Positions 63,212 through 64,000 of a stretch of 64,000 bases of DNA are shown here, piece after piece. The notes beneath the pieces were generated by a model that ran no database searches, was not told the origin of the DNA, and saw nothing but the letters and a program-made list of their open reading frames with translations. Location: the NCBI GenBank assembly GCA_900617105.1, contig UYFQ01000006.1:744001-808000 (forward strand). Direction: 5' to 3'. This DNA is from Hydrurus foetidus. Its lineage: Eukaryota. Numbering within the stretch: the stretch's first letter is position 1; each line of letters starts with the position of its first letter. The translations under genes were made by a program, and so were the position numbers.

Positions 63212-64000
63212 ATGAGCTTCCTCGCCTCACTCCAATCCGCCTGGCGCTCGCTGGGGCGCTTCCCTGCGCACCGGGTGACATGGAGCCTCGCGGCGGTGTT
63301 TTGTGTCTGGGCGGTGCTTGATGTGATGGTGTTCCACGTCAGCAGCGGCCTGTCGAACACCACCTATGACGCGATGTTGCGGGCGCGTTTTCACACCGCA
63401 GCAGCAGACCCGCGCATCGTGATCGTAGACATTGATGAAGCCTCGCTCGCTCGCATGGGCAAAGAGTTTGGGCAGTGGCCCTGGCCGCGCGACACCCTGG
63501 CTACGGTGCTTGACCATATCGAAAAGCAGCAACCCGCCGCCGTGGTGTGGGATGTGGTGTTTTCTGAGGCTGATGTACAAAATCCCGGTGGCGATGCCGC
63601 CTTTAACATGGCCGTACAGCACAGCGTCCACAGCCATTTTTCTGTCGTGCGTCTGCCCACTGCAAACGACAGCCAGAGCCAAATTACCCGTGCCGTGCTA
63701 CCAGGGTTGTGGGTCAAGACCGTTGCATCCAGCACCGCCACTGTCGCGTTGATTCCCCCTGCACTGCCCGCCGTAGCGGCTGCCAGTCTGGGTTACAACA
63801 ACGGCTATGTGGATGGTGACGGCGTGCTGCGTCGCTACCGGTATGCCGAAGCGCTCAGCGATGGCAGCGTGATTCAATCCCTGCCTTTGGCTGTGCTCGG
63901 CGCTATAAATAAAGTAGCTGGTAACGCCCTTGAAATACACGCTAAAACCGCATTTGACGCTTCTTTCTTTGCATCCTCTGCTGTCCCTGTTCCCAAGGGT
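63212..64000 (+). CDS. CHASE2 domain sensor protein, truncated by window end
   Basis: Translated by hand: TM helix, DPRIVIVDIDEASL, WPWPR, DGDGVLRR; absent from the ORF track. Confidence 0.85.
   Translation, partial: MSFLASLQSAWRSLGRFPAHRVTWSLAAVFCVWAVLDVMVFHVSSGLSNTTYDAMLRARFHTAAADPRIVIVDIDEASLARMGKEFGQWPWPRDTLATVLDHIEKQQPAAVVWDVVFSEADVQNPGGDAAFNMAVQHSVHSHFSVVRLPTANDSQSQITRAVLPGLWVKTVASSTATVALIPPALPAVAAASLGYNNGYVDGDGVLRRYRYAEALSDGSVIQSLPLAVLGAINKVAGNALEIHAKTAFDASFFASSAVPVPKG
63902..63957 (-). repeat. 56-bp dispersed motif, copy 6 (inside the CHASE2 gene)
   Basis: Reverse complement TCAAAT..GC..CAGCTACTTTATTTATAGC. Confidence 0.75.

Noticed and set aside
1..64000. CRISPR array, tRNA/rRNA, IS, integrase or prophage
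   Set aside because: None recognised; the 56-bp motif is dispersed and divergent, not a regularly spaced array, and lacks attC-like long dyad symmetry.

Overview
A 64 kb, GC-rich chromosomal segment from a betaproteobacterium; gene content and order look like Comamonadaceae (Rhodoferax-like), which is an inference. It is mostly core and metabolic DNA. It carries a complete thiosulfate-oxidation cluster (ArsR regulator, soxCDYZAXB) with a nearby flavocytochrome c sulfide dehydrogenase pair, uvrA, pyrF, udg-rimI-tsaB, a small toxin-antitoxin islet, an abm-type aminobenzoate/salicylate CoA-dependent catabolic operon, gshB, the str and S10 ribosomal operons, and a regulatory PTS trio. No rRNA, tRNA, CRISPR array, transposase or integrase was seen. 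The most notable unexplained signals are: (1) a dispersed, gap-free 56-bp DNA motif in at least 6 copies, lying both between genes and inside open reading frames; (2) a lower-GC two-gene unit (ATP-grasp ligase plus PLP group IV decarboxylase with atypical active-site residues) just upstream of rpsL; (3) two phytase-like esterase genes, each behind a Pho-box-like repeat, one with a stop at codon 3 of its signal peptide; (4) non-canonical residues in EF-Tu, the family-4 UDG and the SoxB Tat signal. All calls come from motif recognition by eye; no database search was run.
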